Source: an uncultured Mycoplasmatota bacterium
GTDB lineage: Bacteria > Bacillota_I > Bacilli_A > RF39 > UBA660
Direction: 5' to 3'
Assembly (NCBI GenBank): GCA_947652325.1
Contig: CANTCQ010000005.1
Location: 4,727-68,726 of the forward strand
DNA length: 64,000 nucleotides
Shown: piece after piece, positions 27,882-36,614 of the stretch
Layout of the letters: each line of letters begins with the position of its first letter
How positions within the stretch are numbered: position 1 is the first letter of the stretch
Program-made: the position numbers and the translations under genes
Notes under the pieces: model-generated
Database searches by the model: none
What the model was told of the DNA's origin: nothing
Seen by the model: the letters and a program-made list of their open reading frames with translations, nothing else

Positions 27882-27910
27882 ATTATAGCTTTTTTTCTTT
27901 AATATATCAA
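27882..27910 (-). promoter_or_regulatory. near-consensus sigma-A promoter in front of the pilin genes
   Basis: On the minus strand: TTGATA (27905-27910), 17 nt, TATAAT (27882-27887). Confidence 0.6.
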
Positions 27911-27926
27911 TATTTATTCCTGTTTC

Positions 27927-28715
27927 TTACAGTCCCATTAACATTAATACTGCAAATATTAAAAGAACCATAACTCCTAAACCTGTCGTAATTAACATAC
28001 TCATGGTTTTAGATTCCATTTTTTCAAGTCTTTCCTTATATCTTGTATCTCTAGCTTTTTGTTGCAAATTGGAAATGGTTTTCGAAAATGCAAGCAATTG
28101 GTCTTGTTTATGTTCTTGTCTTCCTAAACTCAAACGATATAGCAAACGCATCATCCGCATAGAATCTCTTACAGGGTATTCTCTTGCAAAATTTACATAA
28201 GGGTCTATTTTATCATTACCTGCATTGATTTCATTGATTAACTCTTGCAAACCTTCTCTAAATATAGGAGGTGCATCCGTAATAGATTTTCCAATTGCAA
28301 CAGGTACGGTATAATGTTGAATTAAGATTTCTAAACTTTTTAAATAGTGTGGTAACATCGAATTAATTTCATGTAAATGAGCTTTATAATATTTTTTAAT
28401 ATTGAAATAATCCAATTTAAATACTAAAAATCCTCCTAAAAAACAGAATAAAATGGTTACATAGTTTAGCTTTGAAATAAAACAAAATACTAACACCACA
28501 ATCATAATTAATCCATTTCGAATTCTTTTATTAAATAGGATATCTGCATTAACCCCTTCTCCATATTTTGCTCTTACATAAAAGTCCCAATCCTCTTCCT
28601 TTAATTTACGAAAATAAACTTCATTATCCGCAATAAAACGATTGGCGCTGATTCTTCCTGTGTAGTTCATAACATAAAGAATAATAATCCCAATAATTAA
28701 TATTTCAATTGCCAT
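27927..28715 (-). CDS. TadC-like type II secretion system F-family platform protein
   Basis: N-terminal TM helices, a cytoplasmic helical domain (LPHYLKSLEILIQHYTVPVAIGKS...) and a C-terminal TM, paired with a second F-family gene. Confidence 0.65.
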   Translation of the reverse strand: MAIEILIIGIIILYVMNYTGRISANRFIADNEVYFRKLKEEDWDFYVRAKYGEGVNADILFNKRIRNGLIMIVVLVFCFISKLNYVTILFCFLGGFLVFKLDYFNIKKYYKAHLHEINSMLPHYLKSLEILIQHYTVPVAIGKSITDAPPIFREGLQELINEINAGNDKIDPYVNFAREYPVRDSMRMMRLLYRLSLGRQEHKQDQLLAFSKTISNLQQKARDTRYKERLEKMESKTMSMLITTGLGVMVLLIFAVLMLMGL

Positions 28716-28716
28716 G

Positions 28717-29610
28717 TTATTCTACCCCCACATCTGCATTATAGTATTTCTCTCCACTTAATAAGAAATAACTATTAATGATAATAATCATATGAAGAAT
28801 AATTTTTACATACCAAACCTCTAAAAGTTCAATATAACTGTCCGTTCCGAGTAAAAATTGCATTGCCATCACAAGTAAAAACAGGGCAAGACCAAATGTA
28901 ATAAATCTTTTATGGAAATTTTTACGGTCGGCTTGGTCACGATAAACACCTTCTACTAAAGCATCAATATCTTGGCTCATATTTTCCAAAGCTTCTCCTG
29001 AATCCTTTGCTCCTTCTTTTGTGATTTGTAAAAAAAGTTGGTTCATATTTTTTACCATATAAAACGGATATTTTTCATTAAAGAATTCAATAGATTCGTC
29101 AATGGTTCCATTTTGATAAGACATTTCAATCATAGTTTTTACATCTTGCAAAACTGGGTCTTCTAAAATACCAGAATCTCTTACTCCTTCAAGACTTTTA
29201 ACAAAACTTTGTGTCGTTGTAAATTCCATAATGACATTGGTTGTATAAATTTGAATTTGTTCAAATATGAATTCACTGTATATTTTTTGATAGCGTAAAT
29301 ATGCAAGATAAGGAATAAAGGCAACAGCGATTAAAGCATAAATAATGGCTATAACAATATTATAGAAATAAAGATAAGAAATCCCTCCTGCAATACCTGC
29401 AAACATCACAATTTGACTTGTGTATTGTCTTACCGTAAATTCTTGCCCTAAGGATTTTACTTTTTCTCTTACTTCCTTATAACTGTAGGGTGCAAATTTT
29501 TCGTATGTGTCACGCACTTGCGTAATAAAGAAACGATATACATTTTCACCATTGTTTTGCCTGTAAGAAATAACATATATTCCTATGATACATAAAATTA
29601 TTAATTCCAT
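28717..29610 (-). CDS. TadB-like type II secretion system F-family platform protein
   Basis: Same topology as its neighbour. The ATG at 29610 follows an AGGTG RBS. Confidence 0.65.
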   Translation of the reverse strand: MELIILCIIGIYVISYRQNNGENVYRFFITQVRDTYEKFAPYSYKEVREKVKSLGQEFTVRQYTSQIVMFAGIAGGISYLYFYNIVIAIIYALIAVAFIPYLAYLRYQKIYSEFIFEQIQIYTTNVIMEFTTTQSFVKSLEGVRDSGILEDPVLQDVKTMIEMSYQNGTIDESIEFFNEKYPFYMVKNMNQLFLQITKEGAKDSGEALENMSQDIDALVEGVYRDQADRKNFHKRFITFGLALFLLVMAMQFLLGTDSYIELLEVWYVKIILHMIIIINSYFLLSGEKYYNADVGVE

Positions 29611-29630
29611 GTATAGCACCTACTTTCTTC

Positions 29631-30782
29631 TTATATGTTTTGTGCCATCGGATTTTTTGGCATGATTGGAGTTGTATTAACATTTAGGTTAGTATTTATC
29701 ATTCCTGTAGAGACTCCCATTGGCTTTTTTGTTCTAAATATATTTTCAGGAAGTATAATTCCTTGGATAGATAAATAATCTCTTAAATGTTTGGTTGGAT
29801 TATTTAAAGACATTTTTCCATCCATTGATTTTTGGTAGATAGTATTAGTTTTTGGATTGTTTTGTTCATCTACATAAAATTCACAGATTTCCATAATTTC
29901 TCTTTGAAATCTTCCTAATTCTTTGCTCATATATCCTTTTACATAAACTCCAATTTGCACATAACGATGAACCGTTGTTAAAAATTGTTCTACATCTTGA
30001 TTTGTTTCTAATAGACTGTACATACGCATTGGTATACTTGATGCTTTATCCGAATGAATAGTAGACAAAATATGATGTCCAGAAGATATGGAATTTCGAA
30101 CAGCAAGAACTGCCTCGGCACTACGAACTTCGGATAACAATATCCAAATGGGATTTTGCCTCATACAAGTAACTAATACATCTGTATAGGATGCAATATT
30201 ATTGGTTTTCATAGCTACTATATCACGGTGTGGAAAAATTCTATCCAAATGAAGTTCTAATGTATCTTCAATGGATATAATTTTTTCGTCTTCCTTTGTA
30301 GTACTCGCTAGGTATTTTACGAGTTCTGTTTTCCCAGAACCTGTTTCTCCACTTACAATAATATTGGCATGACCTTGTACACATTGTAATAAAAAATCAA
30401 GCAAATCTTCTGAAACGTATTGTTCATTTAATAATTTTTCTCGATTCAAGCGAATTTTTGCAGGTGTTTTCCGAATCAAACAAGCAATTCCATTGGTGGC
30501 AATCGAATCGTGTACAAAATTCAAACGTAATTCTGTTGATTCTGCATCTAAAAAAGGATGTGCCATATTGAATGTTTTTCCCATAACATTAGAGCATTGA
30601 AAAGCAAGTTTTTCCATTAAAGCATTGTTTATATCAGGTCGTTCTACTTTAAAAACACCACGAGAAAGGGTTTTTAACCAAACTTGTCCACCATTGCTAT
30701 AGGAAATATCTGTAACATCATCTTGTCTTAAAAATTCATCGATTGGTCCAAAGTCTAATTGCGAAAATATAGCATCATCCAT
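29631..30782 (-). CDS. CpaF/TadA (VirB11-superfamily) secretion ATPase
   Basis: Walker A GETGSGKT, Asp box IISIEDTLEL, Walker B PIWILLSEVR and His box GHHILSTIH. Confidence 0.85.
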   Translation of the reverse strand: MDDAIFSQLDFGPIDEFLRQDDVTDISYSNGGQVWLKTLSRGVFKVERPDINNALMEKLAFQCSNVMGKTFNMAHPFLDAESTELRLNFVHDSIATNGIACLIRKTPAKIRLNREKLLNEQYVSEDLLDFLLQCVQGHANIIVSGETGSGKTELVKYLASTTKEDEKIISIEDTLELHLDRIFPHRDIVAMKTNNIASYTDVLVTCMRQNPIWILLSEVRSAEAVLAVRNSISSGHHILSTIHSDKASSIPMRMYSLLETNQDVEQFLTTVHRYVQIGVYVKGYMSKELGRFQREIMEICEFYVDEQNNPKTNTIYQKSMDGKMSLNNPTKHLRDYLSIQGIILPENIFRTKKPMGVSTGMINTNLNVNTTPIMPKNPMAQNI

Positions 30783-30816
30783 AATTTTCTTTCCCCTCTC
30801 TTTGTTCTTTTATTCT

Positions 30817-31665
30817 TTATTGTCCACTATTATTGTTATTATTATCATTATTGTTATTATCTTGTGGTAAATTAGGCATTATATTTTGAGGAATAACAGC
30901 AGCTTTTGATAAAATGAAATCTTTAATGTAATCACTTGAAACGTTTGTATCTCCTGGATTTTCACTATAAGATGCATTTCTTGGAACTGGAATTATTTCT
31001 ACTGATGCCCCTGTAATATAGCCAGCTTTCATAAGTAGGTCATACATATCGTTTGGTACTGCAAATAATAATTCTGATGGTGTACGACTTTCTACAGTAG
31101 TTTCAAATACATGATTTCCTTGGCTGTCTTTCACGGCAAGTACTTCAATACTTTCGATTAATTTTCCAAACATAATCTTATTGGTTTCGTCTACTCCTTT
31201 AAAATACAAATCAATGTAGTTTCCAGGGTAAATAGAATTTCCATATGTTGTATGTTGATTCACTCCTAAACTAAAAATTGTATATTTATCTGGAATGTCT
31301 GCAAATGCACTGTCTGGCATTTCGTTGCCAGCTAAAATTTGTGAGGAATAGAACATACTGTTTGCTGGAATTGTTGTTCCAAAAGCAACATAGTTGTTAA
31401 TAAGCTGATTTGCGTTCGTTATTAAGTTTTTGCTATTTTTTACAACACTACTTGATACTTCCATGTATCCAATCATATCACTCGTAATCAATGTACGAGA
31501 AGATAGTTCCTCTTTTGCATAAGGTACTGTTACTGGTGTTGTTGCTTGTTTCACACGATAATTGTATCCTATGTATAAAACCAATATACCAAGTAACACC
31601 CCTAAAATTGTTACAGTATTTTTGTTTGCCAAAAATCTTTTTACTGTAGTTAAAATATTTCCCAT
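30817..31665 (-). CDS. CpaB/RcpC-like pilus assembly protein
   Basis: N-terminal TM, a SAF-like segment, and a beta-clip pattern IFSLGVNQHTTYGNSIYPGNYIDLYF...IESIEVLAVKD (cf. PGDxVDV...VxVLAV). Asn-rich tail. Confidence 0.65.
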   Translation of the reverse strand: MGNILTTVKRFLANKNTVTILGVLLGILVLYIGYNYRVKQATTPVTVPYAKEELSSRTLITSDMIGYMEVSSSVVKNSKNLITNANQLINNYVAFGTTIPANSMFYSSQILAGNEMPDSAFADIPDKYTIFSLGVNQHTTYGNSIYPGNYIDLYFKGVDETNKIMFGKLIESIEVLAVKDSQGNHVFETTVESRTPSELLFAVPNDMYDLLMKAGYITGASVEIIPVPRNASYSENPGDTNVSSDYIKDFILSKAAVIPQNIMPNLPQDNNNNDNNNNNSGQ

Positions 31666-31681
31666 TTTTATTTCCTCCTAT

Positions 31682-32452
31682 TTATAATAATGTATTTCTA
31701 GCAATTTCTAGAAAAGCATTTTTTTCTGATTCAGTAAATGTTATTCCTTGCCATCTTTGCCAATCAGCTAAAATTTCATTTAAATAATGTGTCGAATTAT
31801 TTTTATATTCTCCATATAAATCATTTTTTATATTAAAATTATTCCTACACCATCCATTAGAATCTTTTGGACAATTTATATATTTTGATTGATACCAATT
31901 TTGTGCAGTAATAGACAATAAATCTGTTCTATTTGGAACTCTGGAATTTGAATTTTGATTATTATTTTGATTTGTCGAATTGTTGTTATTACTGCTCCAA
32001 TTATTACTATTCAAATCATTATCACCACTAGCGTTACTAGAATTACTTCCTTGTGCGCTCAATTCTAAAATTGCATCCACTTTATTTACAATATCAAATG
32101 TTGTTTGGTCTCCTGCTATAATGAATGTTTTTGTTTTGCTAGCTACCCTTACACTTACTTTTGGTGGTGCTTCGTAAATTCCATAAAAAGAGATTTCATA
32201 TGTATTTAAACTTACATTTTCTGAAAATCTTCTTAAAAAAGATTCAATAAATTTTTCTCTATCTATCTTTAGTTCTCCATATTCGCGATAATATCCATAA
32301 TTTACAGCATCTACCATTGCAGCTTCTGTAACCTCTTGAATCAAATAGTAATCTTCTGTATTTTGCGTTGTCACATTAGATATTAACATCATAATAACAA
32401 CGACAAATACTCCTAACATGATTAACCAATAACCCCAATATGTTTCTTTCAA
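31682..32452 (-). CDS. larger pilin-like protein with Asn/Ser-rich linker
   Basis: MKETYWGYWLIMLGVFVVVIMMLISN N-terminus related to the other pilin-like leaders. A ~110-aa domain is followed by an N/S-rich region and a C-terminal domain. Confidence 0.5.
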   Translation of the reverse strand: MKETYWGYWLIMLGVFVVVIMMLISNVTTQNTEDYYLIQEVTEAAMVDAVNYGYYREYGELKIDREKFIESFLRRFSENVSLNTYEISFYGIYEAPPKVSVRVASKTKTFIIAGDQTTFDIVNKVDAILELSAQGSNSSNASGDNDLNSNNWSSNNNNSTNQNNNQNSNSRVPNRTDLLSITAQNWYQSKYINCPKDSNGWCRNNFNIKNDLYGEYKNNSTHYLNEILADWQRWQGITFTESEKNAFLEIARNTLL

Positions 32453-32468
32453 ATTTTAGTCCACCTTT

Positions 32469-35258
32469 CTACTTCCAAGCAGGACCAATACTAGAACCTA
32501 TTGCACCTGTCCACAAAGTCCAATTCGGATTTCGTTTTACTTCAGTGAAAAATCCTCTCGCTTGTCCTTCATCTAAGAATTTACTTGTACCATAAGCATT
32601 GGTTATATTATTTTGTGAATGATATGTTAAATCCTCTCTAACATATGTACCTGTTTCTTTGTTATAATCGCGAAGTTTTTTCATATTATTTGCATCCAAT
32701 ACATACGTATATTCTGCTTCTATATATATATTCTCACCTGTTGATTCTATTTCATTTCGAGTAAATTCACCTTTTTCACTAGTCCAGTTAGCTCCTAAAG
32801 TACGATTATTTGGATTAAATTCATTTCCAATTTTTCGATATACATATGTATCTTCTCCATTAAATATACAATTAATACAATATACATCACATTCTGGACA
32901 TTTTGGTTCAGGAGGAGTGTAATCACAATATTCTCCTACACATTCATAATCACATTCTGGACAATCTACTACATAAACGCAAACGTATTCTGTATCCACT
33001 CCTGTGGTTGCACCTATGGCATTGACAACTGTATCTAGACGTCCATTTCGACATCCTACATAATCATTGTATTGTCCTAAATTAGTGAAATTCAATTTCC
33101 ACTTGTAAACACCTGTTGGTGTATTCAAAGCAACCGGGAATACAGCACCTAAATAACTATAATTTTCTCTTATATTTTCTGGATTTGATACCGTATCAAT
33201 CGTACCATGTGGATAATTTGTTTGAAACTCTTGTTTATTAGCGTACTCGGCGGTTCCTTCTACTTCAATTTTACGATAATATAGATGGCTATTTAAAGTT
33301 GATATTTCTTCTGCTAGTGTTGCTTCATTGGTATTATTACATCCGTTTGCATCACAATATAAATAATTAACATTCTCTAAACCACCACTTGTATTCGTAG
33401 TATATTCATTATCAAGTGTTTTATTAGTACTATAAGTTGCGTTCTCACCTGTTATTGTTCCACCACCTGCAACTAATTCATAATTAATATTTGTACTATA
33501 TTGTTCTTGATAATCGAAATTAACAATTGCATCCAAACAAAGATTATTCACCCAATGATAACACTCATTCATATAAGCAATTGTTTGTTTTAAATCATTT
33601 AAAGCATTTGTTAAATTTTCTTTGGCTGTAGACACTTTTCCATCCCAATTTGGCTCTTCTATTGTTGATGGGTTAGCACTACATCCAGTATGTCTAACTC
33701 CATTTTCATAATAAGTAAATGATGTTTTATTAGCTTTTGTTCCCCATTCGTATTGGTCAGTATCTCTTTGTATTGGTCTTTGAATGCATTTTCCAGTATT
33801 ATTATCGCAGTCCAAAGTATATCCAGTATAATTTGATGATTTTAATTTATACATTGTATATGTATTATCATTGCAATCTGTTGTATCTGTTGTATCGTAT
33901 TCATTTGCCTCTCTTTGCGCTTTTTCCTTTTCTGCTTTTTTATATAAATTATAAGCATTTACTAAAGCTTCTTGCTTTGTTTTTACATCTTGTATAAAAT
34001 TTTCAATTAAAATTTGTGCTTCTTCTGAGTTTTTATTTGGATTTGTAGCATAACATGTTTTTTTAGCTTTTATTACTGTATTTTCTAATTCAAAATATCT
34101 TCCACTATCTGTATATTTGGCACCTGGCATAGTCATTTCATAATCTTCTTTACAATAAACTGTACAATATGGATTCTCTTGGCTTATTTGTCCGTCTAAC
34201 ATTTGATAGGTATTACCAGCTTCATCTTTATTGTTTAAAATACAACATTTAATATCTGTTGGTGCTTTTATTGACATATATTGACTATTTGGACTATCAC
34301 AATAGTTAGGTTTACTAATTGTTGTTTGTTGTTCACATTCACATAAATTTTCATTTGGTTCTTCATCACAATACGTTTTGTAATAATTACCACCAGTATT
34401 AGGTTCAATTACATCGCTAAATGTTTGTACAACTCTTCCACCAGAAATACTACTTGAATTATTTATACTATTTGATGAATTTGAAGTGTTTGTATTGATA
34501 TCTGTTATATAATAAGTATTTTGAATATTTTGTCCCGAACACTGTACTACTTTTTTTGGAATTCTTTGTGAATCACCATTTGGTGTACTACCATTTCCAT
34601 TATATATAGCATTGATTGTAAATTCGCAATCTCCTGGAATTGCAGATACAGTTATAGTTCCTGAGTAACCATTCCAATTTTGATTTGTTACTGTACATCC
34701 TGAACTGCAGGTAAACTCTACACTTTCTATAAAAGAGGACGCATGCACATTATATGTGACATTGGCTTCACTAGCACTTATTCTAAAAAATGACAAAGAA
34801 GAACTTGTATTTCCAGCATAAACTTGTGCTTCAGCAATTAAAGCATTTACTCTATTGGCAGCATTTCCTGAAACCGTAAGTCCTCCTGTATGATAACGCA
34901 ATGCCGCTGTTTTTTCTGCTTGTGTATAATTGGAACTTAAAATATATTCTATTGTCGCATCAGCAATTTCTTGGCATGTGAATGAATCTCCTCTCCAAGC
35001 TCCTCCTAAATGTTTATTTAAATCTCCACAATATGCATCATAATTTTTTCCGTCAACATTCATTGTTATACCATAATCTGAATGACATTGTCCCTCAACA
35101 GGATTTCCATTGGCATCTATTCCTGTATATTGAATATCACAATTTTGTGTACCATCTGTTGTTACTCCACCAGTTCCTGAAGCAGCAAAAACTTCTTCTG
35201 TACTTAAGTTTATTATTGTCAAACAAATTATAAACAAATATTTTATATTTTTAATCAT
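32469..35258 (-). CDS. 929-aa secreted Cys-rich protein (candidate adhesin or tip protein)
   Basis: Signal peptide ending VFA-AS. Many Cys, including CPECDYECVGEYCDYTPPEPKCPECDVYCINC. No wall-sorting or TM anchor. Confidence 0.6.
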   Translation of the reverse strand: MIKNIKYLFIICLTIINLSTEEVFAASGTGGVTTDGTQNCDIQYTGIDANGNPVEGQCHSDYGITMNVDGKNYDAYCGDLNKHLGGAWRGDSFTCQEIADATIEYILSSNYTQAEKTAALRYHTGGLTVSGNAANRVNALIAEAQVYAGNTSSSLSFFRISASEANVTYNVHASSFIESVEFTCSSGCTVTNQNWNGYSGTITVSAIPGDCEFTINAIYNGNGSTPNGDSQRIPKKVVQCSGQNIQNTYYITDINTNTSNSSNSINNSSSISGGRVVQTFSDVIEPNTGGNYYKTYCDEEPNENLCECEQQTTISKPNYCDSPNSQYMSIKAPTDIKCCILNNKDEAGNTYQMLDGQISQENPYCTVYCKEDYEMTMPGAKYTDSGRYFELENTVIKAKKTCYATNPNKNSEEAQILIENFIQDVKTKQEALVNAYNLYKKAEKEKAQREANEYDTTDTTDCNDNTYTMYKLKSSNYTGYTLDCDNNTGKCIQRPIQRDTDQYEWGTKANKTSFTYYENGVRHTGCSANPSTIEEPNWDGKVSTAKENLTNALNDLKQTIAYMNECYHWVNNLCLDAIVNFDYQEQYSTNINYELVAGGGTITGENATYSTNKTLDNEYTTNTSGGLENVNYLYCDANGCNNTNEATLAEEISTLNSHLYYRKIEVEGTAEYANKQEFQTNYPHGTIDTVSNPENIRENYSYLGAVFPVALNTPTGVYKWKLNFTNLGQYNDYVGCRNGRLDTVVNAIGATTGVDTEYVCVYVVDCPECDYECVGEYCDYTPPEPKCPECDVYCINCIFNGEDTYVYRKIGNEFNPNNRTLGANWTSEKGEFTRNEIESTGENIYIEAEYTYVLDANNMKKLRDYNKETGTYVREDLTYHSQNNITNAYGTSKFLDEGQARGFFTEVKRNPNWTLWTGAIGSSIGPAWK

Positions 35259-36013
35259 AATACTCTACTCCTTTTCTTTTTAATAAGAATCACAGTAGTA
35301 GCAACCCCCGAAATCAATACTACACTACCCACTAAATTGATAATTATAGCATTTTCTTGATATATTTTCTTTATTTTATTCCAGAAATTCTTATTTTCAA
35401 TTTCCTCTTCTTTTCTTTTTTCTTCTTTTTCTATTTTATAATCTTTCAATTTTGTTCTAAATTCATTTATAGATATATTTTCTACAGATAGATATTCTTG
35501 GCAATAATAGAATTCAGGGTTTTCTTTACAATCTCGCCATTCTGAAAACAAATTATATATTGGTGTTGTAAGAGAAATTTTACGAAATAATTCTCCTATG
35601 CAAGCTCCTTTATTAGAATAAATCTCCACTGTATAGGTAATTAATTGGTTTACATTTCTCGTTTGAAAGGAAGCAACTCCATCTTTTGTATCTTCATATT
35701 TAAATGTTACAACATTATTATCTATACTATTTTTTATTTGGACATATATATCTTCTGTTATATTTAGCACAGTAATATTAAAGCCTTTTATGTAATAATC
35801 TACTTCTGGAATCTTTCCATCAGCTCCTGGGTTATCAATATCCAAAACTTTCCCATCATAAATATCAACAGTTTCATAATTTGCTTTTACATTAGCAACT
35901 ATATTATTTATTTCTGCTTGTTCACTATAACTGCATGCACTTTCTGCTTGCACTATATTTGGAGTCAAAAATACAATCGCTAGTAAAAACAATTTTTGCA
36001 AATTTGTTTTCAT
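35255..36013 (-). CDS. first gene of the locus: secreted protein with C-terminal TM anchor
   Basis: Signal peptide (..NIVQA-ES), C-terminal hydrophobic helix plus a KKKRSRVL tail, and a 4-nt overlap with the next gene. Confidence 0.55.
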   Translation of the reverse strand: MKTNLQKLFLLAIVFLTPNIVQAESACSYSEQAEINNIVANVKANYETVDIYDGKVLDIDNPGADGKIPEVDYYIKGFNITVLNITEDIYVQIKNSIDNNVVTFKYEDTKDGVASFQTRNVNQLITYTVEIYSNKGACIGELFRKISLTTPIYNLFSEWRDCKENPEFYYCQEYLSVENISINEFRTKLKDYKIEKEEKRKEEEIENKNFWNKIKKIYQENAIIINLVGSVVLISGVATTVILIKKKRSRVL

Positions 36014-36044
36014 CTAATCCACCAACCTAAATAAATCTGCCATG

Positions 36045-36073
36045 ATTGTATCATATAAGTATTGAAAATACAA
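36045..36073 (-). promoter_or_regulatory. candidate promoter of the T4SS/Tad locus
   Basis: On the minus strand: TTGTAT, 17 nt, then TG-extended -10 TGATACAAT, about 30 nt before the GGTGGA RBS of the first gene. Confidence 0.4.
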
Positions 36074-36116
36074 GGAAAACTTTAGTTACTTTACTTCATG
36101 AAATTTTTTTCATAAA

Positions 36117-36145
36117 TTGCGATTTTTTTTAAACTATGCTATATT
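36117..36145 (+). promoter_or_regulatory. divergent promoter of the thioredoxin-like gene
   Basis: TTGCGA (36117-36122), 17 nt, TATATT (36140-36145). Confidence 0.45.
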
Positions 36146-36161
36146 TAATATGGTGATTTAA

Positions 36162-36614
36162 ATGAAAAATAAAAATAGGAATATTTACCTTTATAGTCTT
36201 ATCATTATTGTTATTTTATTAGGTGCTTTTTTAATTTATAAACTTGCATTTGCTCAAAAAAATACAGGTACGAGATTACTAAATATCCAAGTTTCTGAAT
36301 TAGAAGAAAAAATAAATGCTCAAGAAAACTTTGTTTTGGTAATTAGCCAAACTGGGTGTAGTCATTGCGAACAATATTTGCCAGAGCTTGATAGAGCTTT
36401 ACAAGAAGTGAATTTTAATGCCTATGTATTAAATATAACGGGACTTGATAAAACAAATTCTGATACACTTGCCAAATACGTGAATTTTTCAGGAACTCCC
36501 ACAACCATATTTTTTCATGAAGGAATAGAAAAAACGACATTAAATCGTATTGTTGGGTATGCTTCTAAAACAAAGATTATAGAAAGACTTAAATCATTGG
36601 GGTATGTTGATTAG
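36162..36614 (+). CDS. membrane-anchored thioredoxin-fold thiol-disulfide oxidoreductase
   Basis: N-terminal TM helix and a CxxC active site in ISQTGCSHCEQYLPEL. The size is typical of a thioredoxin fold. Confidence 0.75.
   Translation: MKNKNRNIYLYSLIIIVILLGAFLIYKLAFAQKNTGTRLLNIQVSELEEKINAQENFVLVISQTGCSHCEQYLPELDRALQEVNFNAYVLNITGLDKTNSDTLAKYVNFSGTPTTIFFHEGIEKTTLNRIVGYASKTKIIERLKSLGYVD

Larger units (their letters stand above)
10986..36013 (-). other. composite type IV secretion + Tad-like type IV filament locus (24 co-directional genes)
   Basis: All genes are on one strand with short or overlapping junctions. Component calls are listed individually below. No relaxase, integrase or phage genes were seen. 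Confidence 0.7.

Noticed and set aside
35255-36013. Sortase (LPXTG) cell-wall anchoring of the first locus protein, suggested by its C-terminal hydrophobic helix plus KKKRSR tail.
   Set aside because: No LPXTG-like motif precedes the helix, so it was treated as a simple C-terminal membrane anchor.
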